Shown in pieces: positions 1 to 13,383 of a stretch of 64,000 bases of DNA. Positions within the stretch are counted from its first letter, which is position 1, and each line of letters begins with the position of its first letter. The stretch lies in the NCBI RefSeq assembly GCF_009914755.1, contig NC_060927.1. One strand, written 5' to 3'. The notes under the pieces were generated by a model. The model had not been told where the DNA came from. It did no database searches and saw only the letters and a program-made list of their open reading frames with translations. A program made the translations under genes and the position numbers. Origin of the DNA: the human T2T-CHM13v2.0 reference genome, Homo sapiens.

Positions 1-915
1 CTGGCTAGGTCATCAAGGTTAACATTAACAGTCACAAGTCATGCTGATAGAATATACCCTTGATATGATATGATCAGAATGGCACAGCCTTAGTTCATTT
101 TGTGTTATTATAACAGAACACCTGATACTTGGTAATTTATTTAAATAAAACCAAAACAGAAATGTATTTTCTTATAGTTCTGGAGGCTAGGAAGTCCAAG
201 ACTAAGGCGGCAGCATCTGGCATCTGGTGAGGGTCTGCTACACCCTCACATGGTAAAAGGCAGTAGGGCTAATGAGAATGAACACTATGTCCTCACAGAG
301 AAGAGAGAGAACCTAACTGCTATCCCTTTTTAAACAGCATTAATCCACTCAAAAGGGCAGAGCCCTCATGACCTAACACCTCCCAAAAGGCCCTGTCTCC
401 CAGCACTGCTACTTTGGGGATCAAGTTTCCAACACATGAATTTGGAGGGAGACATTCAGACCACAGCAGGTAGGTTACTTTTATAGTATTCCTCCCCAGA
501 AGCTATAATCCCAGTCAAATCATGACAAAAACATCAAACAAATTTCATCTGAGGGGCATTCTACAAAACATCTTACCAATAATTCTTGAAATTGTCAATG
601 GTATCAAAAACAAGGAAAGTCTGAGAAACTGTCTCAACCAGTAGGAGCCTAAGAAGGCATGACTACTGAATGTAATGTGGTATTCTGAATAGGATCCTGG
701 GATACAAAAAGAACTTTAGAGATAACCTGAGGAAATACGAATAAAGTATGAAATTTAATAATATATCAATATGTCTTCAGTAATAGTGACAAATATACCA
801 TACTAATGTGAGATGTTAGTAACAGAGGAAGCTGGGTCTTGTATATACAATAACTGTCTGCTATCTGCACAGTAATTTTGTAACTGTAAAATGTTCTAAA
901 GTAAAAAATTACTTT
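1..915 (+). mobile_element. Old LINE-1 3' end (L1MC1/L1MC2-like), split by a MaLR LTR at 86-468
   Basis: Matches recalled L1MC 3'UTR strings (caaggttaacat..., atcaaaaacaaggaaagtctgagaaactgtc, ggatcctgg, gtgacaaat...ccatactaatgt); homology resumes at ~474 after the LTR. Confidence 0.75.
86..468 (-). mobile_element. MaLR solo LTR (MSTC/MSTD/MLT1A-like)
   Basis: gttctggaggctaggaagtccaaga, gggcagagccctcatgacctaacacctcccaaaaggcc, ending acattcagaccacagca = reverse complement of the MaLR tgct.tgg start. Confidence 0.8.
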
Positions 916-3353
916 TTACAAGATCCATTTGTGTCCTATTAGAATAATTTAGTATGCATTTCAAGAGTTTCAAATTCAAAGTCTTCATCAAAGAAAGAAC
1001 TTTCTGTTGTTTTCTAAAATTGTATGAATATATAGGTAGCATTCATTCCCATATATCGACTCTATGACACAAAGATATTTAACAAATTATTTGAGTGTGG
1101 TATAATTGAGCAGAAATGGTGGGTGGGTGTAATTTTAAGTATCACAAATACAATTGCAATTGATTTTCAGTAATTCTCCCTCTGAGCAGAGTTGGTTTTG
1201 TATTTGAAAATTGCTCTGAGAGAAAACTAAAGCCACAAGCAGACCTGACACGTTATCATTGTTATTTTAAAGGAAAAGTAAAATCCGCAAATCACAAATA
1301 ATTGAGTTTTTCTTCTCCCCTAGTTCTTTTCCTCAGTTACATTGAAGGTACTTGTAAGAGTATATGCAATACTGTGTGTAGATTCTTTAAGAAAGCAATT
1401 TTTAATAATTATTTTAACAACAAGAATTATTTTCTACATTATTCATTTTCCTGGAGCAATTTCTCTCCTTATTTGGTTATACAATTCACTAAAATGATGT
1501 TGAATGTTATGCCTTTAAAACAAAACTGAATTAAATCATAATGCAGTAATCCATCATTTCTAAAGAGCCTACCGATGGATCCAAATGACTTAGCATGTAG
1601 ACACCATGTTGAATTCATATTATATTTAATGCTTTGTACTCACCATTATAGCAGGGAACAAAATATTGTTTTAGTTAATCTCTCACTGTCAGTGCCTGGA
1701 AAGTTTAATTATCAAAAGGACTATTTTTTACCTATATGTGAAAATGGACAACACTATTTGACAGCCCCTTTAAAATATTTCAAATTCCAGATTCACAGCA
1801 ATAGTCAATAGTCAATAGGAAAAAAAGATCATTTAAACCTAATATTAGTTACCAAAACAACTATTTATGATCAATTGTATTATACTATTACATTTACATT
1901 CCTTTTTTTCAAGGCAGTTTTTGTAAAAAGCACTTTCAATAGCTTCGTATTTGTGTATATATGGAATAAATTTTTAATATTTCAATTATAACTCTATAAA
2001 CAAACTGTATAATGAAATTCCAACTATGAATGTGCTTTTGCTTTACACTAACCAAAAACACCTAGTCATCTATAGATGGTATTTCATTCATCAATGAAAT
2101 ACTTTTATTAATATTTCTCCACTTAACTAAAGTCACTTTCACCTGAATGGTTTTATAATTCTAGAAAGTAACACTGAGCTCTGCAGAAACAATAGAACAT
2201 CCCTTGCAGTTGAGAATTTCTGAGATTCTTGAAGGCCATACATTGTCTTTAACATAACTTTAGTCCAGAATATTCAACACTTCAGGCCACATTTTATTAG
2301 TTGTGTTACATTTCCTGCAAAATTCAAATGGGGATACTTCAAATAGCAAACCATGTAGTCTGTTCCACATTTACAAATTCTCTTTTTTATTTCTGGAGGA
2401 ATTTCTATACATCAAAAATATACAGTAATATCTAAACATATTTACTGTACAAGGAAAACATTAATTGGAATTTCTTTACCCCTCCTTAGCAATAAGATTA
2501 TGGAACAAAGGTGGAAACTTAAGGGAGGGGAGTCCGCTTGCCCAACTCTTCTCATGGTTCAGATCCAGCCTTGCAGAGTCTTCTCACCCAAAGTGACATA
2601 CTTTGAATAGCATAGTCATTTTTTTTTTCCTTCGTGGACCCCAATCATGGGTCACTTACAGTGAAATGAAAGGAAGACCTTTTCTTCCTTAATTAAAGAA
2701 TACCAAAGGAAAAAAGGAGACACAAGAAAAATGACCACCATGAAAAGGAAATTAAAATAATTTTATTGAACTGGCTGCATTCCTAGCCACCTACTGTATG
2801 AAGTAATAACAATCAGTCACACTACCGCACATGATTAATACTTATGGCTAATCCTTACATCCCTTACCATCTATCCATCAGTATCTCCAGGAGGCGTTAA
2901 TCATATTGCTTCTCAGCAGACTCTTTTCTGTTGCAATGTTGCCATTTCACCTTCCTTGTATGCAACAGTCTGCAAAATGCAGCATTTAAGTCAGTTAAGT
3001 GTGGTAGAGAATGGAGCTATTTTTAAATGCTACACATAACTTTTTAGGAAATAATGGTGTAATCAAATAAATGGCAAATCCAAATTATTTTATTTTGATA
3101 TACACCTAAACACTTAACATGTGGCTGTAATTTATCACCAAAGAAAATGATGAGGCAAACACATTTTTAAAATCTACATTCTCTTTTCTGTGCTCTTATA
3201 GAACATTTTTGCCTTCAATGTAATAAATTCTCATTTCCATTAAAGTAGAAGTTTAGGAGTAGGTTAGCAGTAGCCCTCAGAATTTAGGTTGCAGCATCCT
3301 TCACACAGGATCCTTTAGTATTTAGGGGAATAATAGCCTATAAGTTATGGAAG

Positions 3354-3505
3354 TAATGATAATAGCTTTCATTTGTATAGTGCTTAAAGTTTCACAGTAC
3401 TTAGGCATATATTATCTGATTTTAGTGGTAGGTTTTGTTTTTCTTCTTTTAAATATGGAGAAACTGAAGTTGAGAGATCACACAACTAAAAATGACTACA
3501 GTTAG
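3354..3505 (-). mobile_element. MIR SINE fragment
   Basis: ataatagct...atttgtatagtgct...atatggagaaactgaag...gatcacacaacta resembles the reverse MIR core. Confidence 0.55.
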
Positions 3506-3780
3506 ACTTTTTATTAAATATTGACTACACATTTTGTATTATTTTAACTCCACATTTTTAAACACTGGTAAAAGAATGGCATTAATTATAATTTTATAAG
3601 CTGTCTTTCTTCGATATAAAAATTTCTGTCATGGAAGAAAACTTAGTAAGTGCCAAAGCTGTGGTAGGTGTATGGTATTTTCACACTTATTAAATTAATT
3701 GGGGAGAAACCCAATTATTCTTTAAAAATGTCCCATTTTATGAATAGGAATAGGAGTTATGCCAGTAGAAAGATAATTAA

Positions 3781-6700
3781 GAGATGTCATCAAGATGGCT
3801 GACTAGAGCACCCAGGACTCACCTTCTCCACAAAGAAGAACCAAACAGAAAATAGACAACGATATATCAAATAGAGCATTTAAGGGAGAATGTGAATTCA
3901 GCAAGGAAGTGACAAAAACCCAGGCCCAATAACTCCTGCATCTCCACATCCAACCATATCCACCCAAAGACATGGAAACTCAAGATGGCAGCATAGAGAG
4001 GGAAGTAAAGCAGCCTGGAGGATCAGCTCAAAGCCACAAGGGACTACACATTGTGGGGAAAAGGAAAGGAGATCCCCAGCAATGATATTCCTATCATAGA
4101 CACTTGTAATCCTTACTATAGGAGAGTCCCTCTGCCCTCACAGTCTCTGAGCCTAATATAGTGAATTGCCTGGAGTCCACACAACTGCATTGGTCCAGAG
4201 AGAAAATTCATACTGGGCTTCCAATACCCCTCAGAACCCAAGCTACTCTACTGCAGCACCATGCTATTTTAAGAGTGGAGACATGACCAGACTACATTCT
4301 GCCCTGGGGTCCAATGACCTCTGCATCTCCATATCTTTGGATTGCTATCAACATTCACCCCAAACCACCCAGAGGGCTGTAGCATCACACCACCAGCTGG
4401 GCCTTTCAGTACAGCCACATCTCTGGCACTTGAGCCCACACAGCATCCTGCACCCCAGAGAACATGCAGTCCCACACATCTGGGAGGTTGCCCTCAGGAC
4501 ATAGGGAGCCAAAGTACATGCTCCCCAGAGCCTCAGAGCCACATGCCTGTACCCACTGCCAACTAAAACAACCTCACTCCCTCCAGCAATGAGGTTGCCA
4601 TGCACAAATGCATGCTGCCTGGGGATTCAAAGTCAGGTCTGCCTGGCCTGCTCGTTATGCCACAGAACACCCCTCAACCCCTGCATGTGCCACCCAGAGG
4701 CCCAAGAATTGGCTCACTCAGGACCACTCCCAGCACCCATGTGCACTCTTTGGGAGCCCAAGGACCAGCCCATTCAAGGTCCACATGTGCCACGCAGGGG
4801 TCCAAAGACCAGTCCAAGTGTCAGCCTGTCCAGGGCTCAAGTATGCCATCCCAGAAGCTCAAGGACTGGCACATCCATGGCCCACCACCACAACTCCTGG
4901 TGTGAACATTCACTGTTTGAGAGCTTGAAGATAGGCCCACCCAGAACCTGCCACCACTACTGCTGAATAAACCCACGCCTGTCAGTATCAAAACTACCAT
5001 AAGCCTTCATGCACTGACCAGGATCCTGAGGACTGACCTACCCTGGGCCCACCACTATCACCGCTGATGCTTCTGCATGCACCCCAGGGGCTCAGTGACC
5101 AGGCATTCCAGCATACCAGCCCCTGGAAGAGCTGTACCACAGCCTTCACGAACAACTGCTGAAGAAATCATATGGTGAGTGTACTCCCACACTGACTCAG
5201 AACCAAAGCCAAAGTACTATACACAACTGACACTATAGATACATCTACAGAAAAAAGTCTTTTCATATGAAATCTCCTTCATAAAATTGGAAGTGTTTAT
5301 ACCATATGGGCAGATATCAATGTAGAAACACAAACAACATGAACAAGCAAGAAAACATGAAACCTCTAAAGTAACACTATAATTCTCCAGTAATAAACTC
5401 CCAAAATAAAAAAAATGTATATGCCTGAAGAATAATTCAAAATAATAATCTTAAGGAAACTTCATGAAATACAAGACAACACAGATAAACAATACAAAGA
5501 AACTAGACAACAATTCATGATCTGAATGAGAATTTCAACAAAGAGACAGACATAATTAGAAAAGAACCAAAGAGATGTCCTAGAACTGAATAATTAAAAG
5601 AATATAAATACAAATACAAATCAACTACAATACAATACAATACAAACTACTATCAAGTGCTTCATCAATAGATTATATTTCAAGCAGAAGAAAGGATTCT
5701 CGAACTTGAAGATAGGTCTGTTGAAATAACTCAGTCAGAAAACAAAAAAGGGAGAAGAATAAAAGAGAATATACGAAGCCTACATGATGGTGGGACATTA
5801 AAGCAAGCAAATATTTGAATTTTCAATTCTTCAGAAAGTGAAGAGAAAACAAAATGGATAGATAACTTATTAGTGAAATAACGGATTAAAACCTCCCAAG
5901 TGTAGCCAGAGATTTAGACATCCAGACACAGGAAACTCAAGAGATCTCCACATACAGACAATTTAAAAGATCTCCATGTCACATTATAGTCAACCTGTCA
6001 AAAGTAAAAGACGAAGAGAGAATTATGAAAACAACAACAACAACAACAACAAAATTAAGTCAAATGCAAGGCAATCCTCATCAAACTAACCGCAAATTTC
6101 TCAGCAGACACCTAACAGGCCCAGAAAGAATGGGATGATATAATATGCTGAAAGAAAATAACTGGCAACCAAAAATGCTATACCCATTGAAGATACCCTT
6201 CAGAAATAAAATATAAATAAAGCCTTTCCTCAAAAGCAAAAACAGAAAATTCATCACTACTAGGCCAGTTCTGCAAGAAATGCTTAAGGAATTTCTAAAT
6301 CTGAAAGTGAATAGACCATATCCAGCATCCTGTAATCACAAGAAAGCATAAAAATTAATGATAGAGCAGATACACAAATAAGAAAGAGAAGGGAATAAAA
6401 AGTTACCACCACAGAAACCACTAAACTGTAAAGATAAACAATAAGAGAGGAAGAAAAGAAAAAAGTATACACAAAACAATCAGAAAACCATGAACAAAAT
6501 GACAAGGGTAAGTCCTCTTCTGTCAATAAGAATTTTAATCTAAATAGTTTAAACTCCCCAATTAAAAAATATAGACTGATTGAATGAACAAAAAAACAAG
6601 ACCCAACTGTATTTGGCCTTCAATAAACTAACTTCACCTGTAAAGACACACATAGACATAAGTGAAGGAATAAAAAAAGTGTCACATATTTATGATAATA

Positions 6701-8330
6701 TATAATATTATTATAATGATAAATCATCAGTTCAGCAAGAGGCCATAACAATTATAAATATATCCAAAATAAAAGCACCTACACATATAAGGCAAATATT
6801 ATTAGAACTAAAGAGAGAGAGAGAGTCCAATTCAATAATAGTTGGGGACTTTCAACTCTCTACCCTCAGCATTAGAAAGATCATCTAGACAGAAAATCAA
6901 CAAAGAAATGTTGAATTTAAACTTCAAGTTAGAGCAATTGTATATATAGAGAGAAGACATTTAAAGAACATTTAACCCAACAGCTGCAGAATACACATTC
7001 TTCTCATCAGCATATGGAACATTCTCCAGGATAGATCATATGTTAGGATACAAAAATGTCCCAACAATTTTTTAATCAAAATAATTAGCTAGGTGTGGTG
7101 GTGCACACCTGTAGTCCTAGCTACTCAGGAGGCTGAGGTAGGAAGATTGCTTCAACCCAGGAAGTAGGGGTTGAAGTGAGTCATGGTGGTGCCATTGCCT
7201 TCCAGCCTGGGGCAGCAGAGAAAGACTGCATTAAAAAAAATTTAAAATTATGTCAAGTATCTTATCTGACCACAATGAAATAAAACTAGAAAAATAATGA
7301 AAAAAGGACCTTTGGAAATTATACAGATACATGGAAATTAAACAATAATCTCCTGAATGATCAATGCATTGATTAAAAAAGAAAATCAAAGGATTTCTTG
7401 AAAGAAATTAAAACAGATATACAACATACTAAAACCTATGGGATATAGCATAAGAAGTACTAATAGGGTAGTTTATAGCAATACATATCCTACATCAAAA
7501 AAAATTTAACATAAACTACATAATGATGCATCTCAAGGATCATAAAATCAAGAACAAACCAAACCCCAAATGAATATAAGTAAAAAACTAGTAAAAATCA
7601 GAGTAGAGCTAAACAAAACACAGATTAAGGTATTATAAAGAATCAATAAAACAAAAAGTTTTTTAAAAGAACATAAAATTTTAAAAACCACTAGCTCAAC
7701 TCACTTTCAAAAGAGAGAGAAGACCCAAATAAATAAAATCAGAAACAAAAACCACACAGATGTTATAAATCATACCACAGAAATATAAAGGATCATTAGA
7801 AAACAACTAGAAAACCTAGAGAAAACAAATACATTCCAGGACACATAAAACCTACCAAGGTTGGGAAAAAAACTGAAAGCTTTTTCTCTGAGAAATGGAA
7901 GAAGACAAGAGAGCCAGCTTTCGCCACTCTTATTCAACATAATCCTGGAAGTCCTAACGGGGCTCCCAGGATTAAGCTAGAGAAAGAAAAAAATGGCACC
8001 CACATTGGAAAAAAGAAAGTCAAATTGTCTCTCTTTGCAGATGACATAATCCTATATATAGAAAAACCTAAAGATGAGAGAATTCCTAGAGTTTATAAAC
8101 AAATTTAGTAAAGTTGTAGGATACAACTTTGTAGGTTAGCAATAATATACTATATACTTTCATATAGCTAGAAGGAGGATATTGAATGTTCCCAAGATAA
8201 AGAAATGATAAATGTTTGAGGTGATGAATAAGCTAATTACACTGATCTGATGATTATGCATTATGTGTATTGAAACATCACTACGTGCCCTATAAATATG
8301 TACAATTATCATACGTCTTAAAAAGAAAAG
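3781..8330 (+). mobile_element. Old LINE-1 (L1MA4-like) retaining 5'UTR, ORF1, ORF2 remnants and 3' end, internally deleted
   Basis: YY1-type start caagatggc at 3791; ORF1-like ~5340-6290; ORF2 start atgacaagggtaagtcct at ~6499; RT motif tttgcagatgac (FADD) at ~8034; L1MA4-type 3' end (gaatgttccc...aaagaaatgataaatgtttgaggtgatg...aaatatgtacaattat). Confidence 0.85.
7084..7240 (+). mobile_element. Alu right monomer (FRAM or 5'-truncated AluJ) inserted in L1 ORF2
   Basis: attagctaggtgtggtggtgcacacctgtagtcctagctactcaggaggctgagg...ccagcctggg...A tail. Confidence 0.85.
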
Positions 8331-8332
8331 AA

Positions 8333-8637
8333 GACCAGGTGCAGTGACTCACGCCTGTAATCGCAACACTTTGGCGGGTGGATCACTTGAGGCCAGGAGT
8401 TGGAGACAAGCCTGTCCAGCCTCGACAGCATGGTGAAACCCTGTCTCCACAAAAAATGCAAAAATTAACCAGACGTGGTGGCGGGTGCCTGTAATCCCAG
8501 CTACTCGGGAGGCTGAGGTGAAAGGATCGCTTGAACTCTAGCAGGCAGAGGTTGCAGTGAGCTGAGATCATGCCACTGAACTCCAACCTGGGTGACAGAG
8601 CGAGACTGTCTCAAAAAAAAAAAAAGAAAGAAAAAAA
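8333..8637 (+). mobile_element. Alu (AluSz-like)
   Basis: Dimeric Alu with cacttgaggccaggagtt; short deletion after tttgg, small internal duplication (agcctgtccagcct); A-rich tail. Confidence 0.9.
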
Positions 8638-8944
8638 TATTTTTATGCTGTGAGACTTTGATGTGATAGGCAACTCAGACTATAGCAAACAATTCATTAT
8701 ACAGAATTTTCAAACTAGAAACACTACTAGATTGCTCTCAATTACATTATTAAAATTTATTAATTATATTGACTATTTATATAAAAAATTAATTAGATTT
8801 ATTTGTATATGACATTCAGTGTAAACAAGGTATACATTTACTATATTCAAGCAAGTATTTAAACTGCTTACTTATTAGTAGATTGAAGAAGAGGTGGAAT
8901 TTGGACCAAAATATGACTTCATTTTATGATTTTATACTTTAACT

Positions 8945-9240
8945 GTATCACATATAACGTAATATTTGTGTTACATTACATGTATTTATATATAAATGTA
9001 TTATATATAAATGTGTTATAAATATAAATGATAATATAACTTATAAATGTATTAATTATAAATATAAGTATTAATTAATATTTCAATAATTATAAATATA
9101 TTGTAAGTTTACATTTATGTATATAAACATATAAATGTGTATATATGTAATATATAAATGCAAATTCAATCTATATAAATATAAACTTATATTTCTCAAA
9201 ATATAAGTATTTATATTTATAATCCAAATAAATAGTTTAT
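8945..9240. repeat. AT-rich low-complexity / degenerate (TA)n tract
   Basis: Near-pure A/T with recurring tataaat/atatat words. Confidence 0.8.
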
Positions 9241-9832
9241 CCTTGAGAAGACATAGTCATGATTATATTTTTTAATTTCTTATTAATGTATTGGCACAGA
9301 GCAAATATTTTTAGTTAAGTGATCTATTGCTGAAAAAATACTTTTTATGTTTAATAAAAGTATGTAGATGTCCTCCTTTCTGAATCAATAGCAACGATAA
9401 GGAAATCACATATTTAGATGTTGAAATGTCATTTAGGGTGCTGTCTTCTATATGAGATTACCATTTAACTATAACACTTTTAGAGATACCATCATTATCT
9501 TAAACAAGTCTACTTTTTAAAATGTTATCATTTTCATATGGTGTTGAGACGCTTTCGATGAGGAAAAAGCTATAATGTTCTGACTCCAGAGTCCAAGATT
9601 CCAGTGGATTTATATTCATAGTCATAGAAGAAATGCATGCATGCATTTATTATTGATAAAAGAAACTAACAAATAAACAAAAGGTTTATTCTATCCCGTT
9701 GGTTATTTCATTGAATAATTAGGCAGATAATTAGGCAGACAATGAGTATGATATCATTAATGATACCTTCTTCAATTAGCTACAATTCTTGTGAAGTACA
9801 ATAAAGGGTTAAGCAAGAAACTAAATGGTTCA

Positions 9833-10077
9833 GGATGGGCACAGTGGGTCATGCCTGTAATTCCAGCACTTTGGGAGGCCTAGGTGGGTGGATCGCTTGA
9901 TTGCAGGAATTTGAGACCAATCTGGGCAACATGATGAAACCCCATCTCTACAAAAAATACAAAATCTAGCTGGGCATGGTGACAAACACCTGTGGTCCCA
10001 GCTACTTGGGGGGCTGAGGTGGGAGGATTGCTGAAGCCTAGGAGTAGGAGGTTTCAGTGAGGCGAACTGAGACCCCT
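9833..10077 (+). mobile_element. AluJ (Jb-like) with 3' deletion
   Basis: ggatcgcttga, ctctacaaaaaataca, tgtggtcccagctac, gggaggattgct are J-type diagnostics; ~35 bp missing before the tail. Confidence 0.85.
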
Positions 10078-10118
10078 GAAGGAAGGAAGGAAGGAAGGAA
10101 GGAAGGAAGGAAGGAAGG
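10078..10118 (+). repeat. (GGAA)n microsatellite, 9 perfect units (10081-10116), in place of the Alu tail
   Basis: Direct count. Confidence 0.95.
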
Positions 10119-10340
10119 GAGATAGTTCAGCTACTGCAATTAAAAATCTTTCTAGAATGGAGCCTCTTTGTCAGGTAGATTCCTTTTAGAATTGTTTCCA
10201 GTCTGTAAGCCCTCCCTACTCCTTCCCTAAGTGACTTCACGTTCACTGAGAACTGCTGGCTATCCCAGCAAGGTGACCCTGACTGCCTAGGTTGTAATAA
10301 ATGTCCCTGAGAAACAGTAACAGGGCATAAGTTGGGTAAG

Positions 10341-10394
10341 TTTGCAGAAAATATCCAATATGCTTTTTTTGCAGAAAATACCCAATGTGCTTTG
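10341..10394. repeat. 27-bp tandem duplication
   Basis: tttgcagaaaatatccaatatgctttt / tttgcagaaaatacccaatgtgctttg, 24/27 identical. Confidence 0.85.
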
Positions 10395-10569
10395 TGAAGA
10401 GATAGAGAGAAAGATGAATAGACAATCTTGTAATACTGTGTGCTTTGATAAGGGCTTGGTTGACATGACTGACAATACATTTCCAGTTGCCCTATTCTGT
10501 GATTTTTTTTTCCCTCCAGCAGTGTTTATCTGATCAGCGCAAACACAGAGAAGACAAATACTTCATCGG

Positions 10570-10708
10570 GGCTTGAGTTCTGGCTCTACATCTCACTAGG
10601 TGTGGGCCTCTTGGCTTTAGTGTCCTGTCACTGAGGATGCTACTAGCACTTTATAGGTTTCTGTAAAAATCAAATGAGATACACGTGACAGAATAATACT
10701 ACACTGAA
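10570..10708 (+). mobile_element. MIR fragment
   Basis: ttgagttctggctctac...cactag...tgtg...ataggtttctgtaaaaatcaaatgagatacacgtga. Confidence 0.55.
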
Positions 10709-11944
10709 GAACATTTTAGGAACCTTATGGCTAGGTATAATTCAGTTTTAGGAATGCTCTAGCTAGGTGGAACTCAGCTTGAAAGCCACAGATGAAATAA
10801 TCTAGCAAAACTCTAACCATTTTTTAAATTTGAAATTCTTTATTGATTAATAAAGGATGAAAACTGGTGGTCCATCAGCATTACAGCCTTACAAATCATA
10901 GAGAAAACAGTTCAAGAGAAATTATAAAAGATGTTCTATGTGCATTTAAATAGATACATTAATCATGAAATTTTACTCTTGTTTGTCTCTTATTTCATTC
11001 TCTCGTATACGCAAACATACATACACAGAGAGAGACACAGAGAGAGACAAAGAAAGAGAAATGGAGTACATATTATTTATTGTTCCAGTATGCTGCCAAA
11101 TGTTGCCTGCTCTACTAAGTCAAAAACCAAGAGACAGCGTACTATAATTTCCACATAATATCTGTGACATTTGATTTTCATGGGCTTGGTGGAAATAGTC
11201 ATGAGGAATTGCACAAGTCGGCATTATTAGCAGGGGTGTTACCTGTGGCTGAAGTGACTCTTGTTTTCTAATGTGTATGCCTGTTGTCTACGTCTTGTTG
11301 TTCCATCTTCACCTTAAGCCAAGATGTGTATGTCTCACCGAGTGACAGCTTCAGGTCCACTGTGGCTTGTCAGCTAGTCCTGCTCTTCTCCCAAGTGGAA
11401 TCTGAGAGACATTCTTTAAAAGAATAGAATCAACAGTGTGTTGAAATATTGCTTTGATTTTTTTCTGTTTTGTTTACTTTCCATATTTATACACATTTTT
11501 TACACCCTTATAGATTTATTTTCCTGGTAGAGACTTTAAAATAAATTTTTTTTGTAATTTATGCTTGCAGAGGTATGACACAATACTATTATAACTATTT
11601 TATGGTATCCCACATTTTAATCATTATTGTCATAACTATTAATGTTGAACTAACATTATCACAAATATCAGTGTTGAACTAAATGCCTGCCCCCTTGTTT
11701 GCCATTCATTTCTTCCTCTTAGTCTTGGTGACTTAGTTTCAAATAATCCACTGTGTCACTGATCTGGATTTATCTTAAAATGCAGATGCTTGTATGACTC
11801 CTCAGTGAAGCATCTCTAGGAGCTTCACCAAGCATCTCTGTCTTACTGTGTTCTGGAACTTTGGACTCTGTTCTTGCTAGGCTCACAGTAGGACTTAGCG
11901 TTCTTTACTAAAGCAATAGGATTCACCTCCTGAGTACTTCATTA

Positions 11945-12556
11945 TGTAAACCAAAAATAAAATTTGAAGGCCCTCCAACCATCTGAATAAACTCCCTCCT
12001 CTTGGCCAGGGCACTTCAAATGTAACCTAGAAGACTGGTTCAGGCCATGGTGGGAAGTGGGGGTCAGACATGTCTCATTATGCCCTCTTCCTTTTGGAAT
12101 TCAGGAAAAGCTGACCAGCATTTAACAGCAGCACAGACCTTAAGTCTGATAAGAAACATGTACAATCTATTCTCTCTGAAGCCTGCTACTTGAAGGTTTC
12201 ATCTGCTTGATAAAATTTTGGTTTCCACAACCTCTTATCAAAACCAAGACTTTCCTTTCCATTGATAATAACTTTCAACCAATTACCTATGAGTAAATGT
12301 TTAAATCTACTTATAACTTGGAAGCCCCAACATGAAATTTTTCTACATTTCTGGACCAAGCCAATGTATATCTTAAATGTATTTGATTGATGTCTCAGAT
12401 CTCCCTAAAATGTATAAAACCAAGCTGTGCCTTGACCACCTTGAGTACATATTCTCAGGTTCCCCTGAGGGCTATATCATGGGCCATGGTCAGTCATATT
12501 TGGCTCAGAATAAATCTCTTTCAATATTTTATAGAGTTTGGCTCCTTATGTCAATA
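11945..12556 (+). mobile_element. ERV1 solo LTR, MER4B-like
   Basis: Starts tgtaaaccaaaaataaaat; contains ggttcaggccatg...gggaagtgggggtcagacatg and atttggctcagaataaatctct; ~612 bp; flanks atta/gtta (4-bp TSD, 1 mismatch). Confidence 0.85.
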
Positions 12557-12857
12557 GTTAGAACTTTCAAAGTGTATTTTAAAACAAAAATCTTCTTGGG
12601 GGGAAAGAAACAAATGTACCTGAAAACACAAATTATTTGTGTATTTCTAGATACAAAGATATACATTAGTAATTATGCATACTGTGTTATATTTCCACGA
12701 ATGTGTGCATTTTAACAGTAAAGAACAAACTGTTCTCCAGCTTTATTGAACAGATATCAGAGATGAAATAGAGGCATGGATCAGAAATTTTTAGTGGGGC
12801 TACTGGTTTGAAATAATATATATAGTATTAATTCACATTTAGATCAAGATTATTATT

Positions 12858-12948
12858 TGTGATGATGAAAAATATCTTTAGACCTTTCCAAATATCTCCT
12901 GGGAGCAAAAAAAAAAATCACACAATCAAACCCTATTGAGAACTACCA
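12858..12948 (-). mobile_element. MER20 (hAT-Charlie) fragment
   Basis: aaaaatatctttagacctttccaaatatctcctgggagcaaaa...ttgagaactacca resembles the reverse MER20 start. Confidence 0.5.
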
Positions 12949-13383
12949 TCCTAAAGTTACGTGAATAAATTTTTGTGACCTAAGATAAAATTTACAGTGA
13001 GATCATGTCATACAAATTCAAAAGTGTGTCTCTATTAACTCAGATCATAGAGAATTTGATGTCTTCCAGAAAATGATTAGAGGATTCTAGGGATGACAAA
13101 GACATGAATATTGATAAAATTGTTTTATAAAATATTAGTGAAAAGTAATACTTTATTTACTATATTATGTGAGGGACATGTACTCTTAAATATGTGAGGC
13201 AACTAAATTGATAAATTATCTATCAGAGGCAGACATTTGACTCTTTTATTGATAGCACTACATTTGGAGACTATTTTTATTAAGCAAATGAATCAATTCA
13301 TATTTTGATTTTCTCTTTATGTAACAATATAGTAGTTTTCTCCTGCCTGAAAGCGATAGGATTTAAGCATCGAGAGTGCAGCA

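Noticed and set aside
4166-4966. Cluster of 70-125 aa ORFs
   Set aside because: Within the GC-rich repeated L1MA 5'UTR; compositional artefact.
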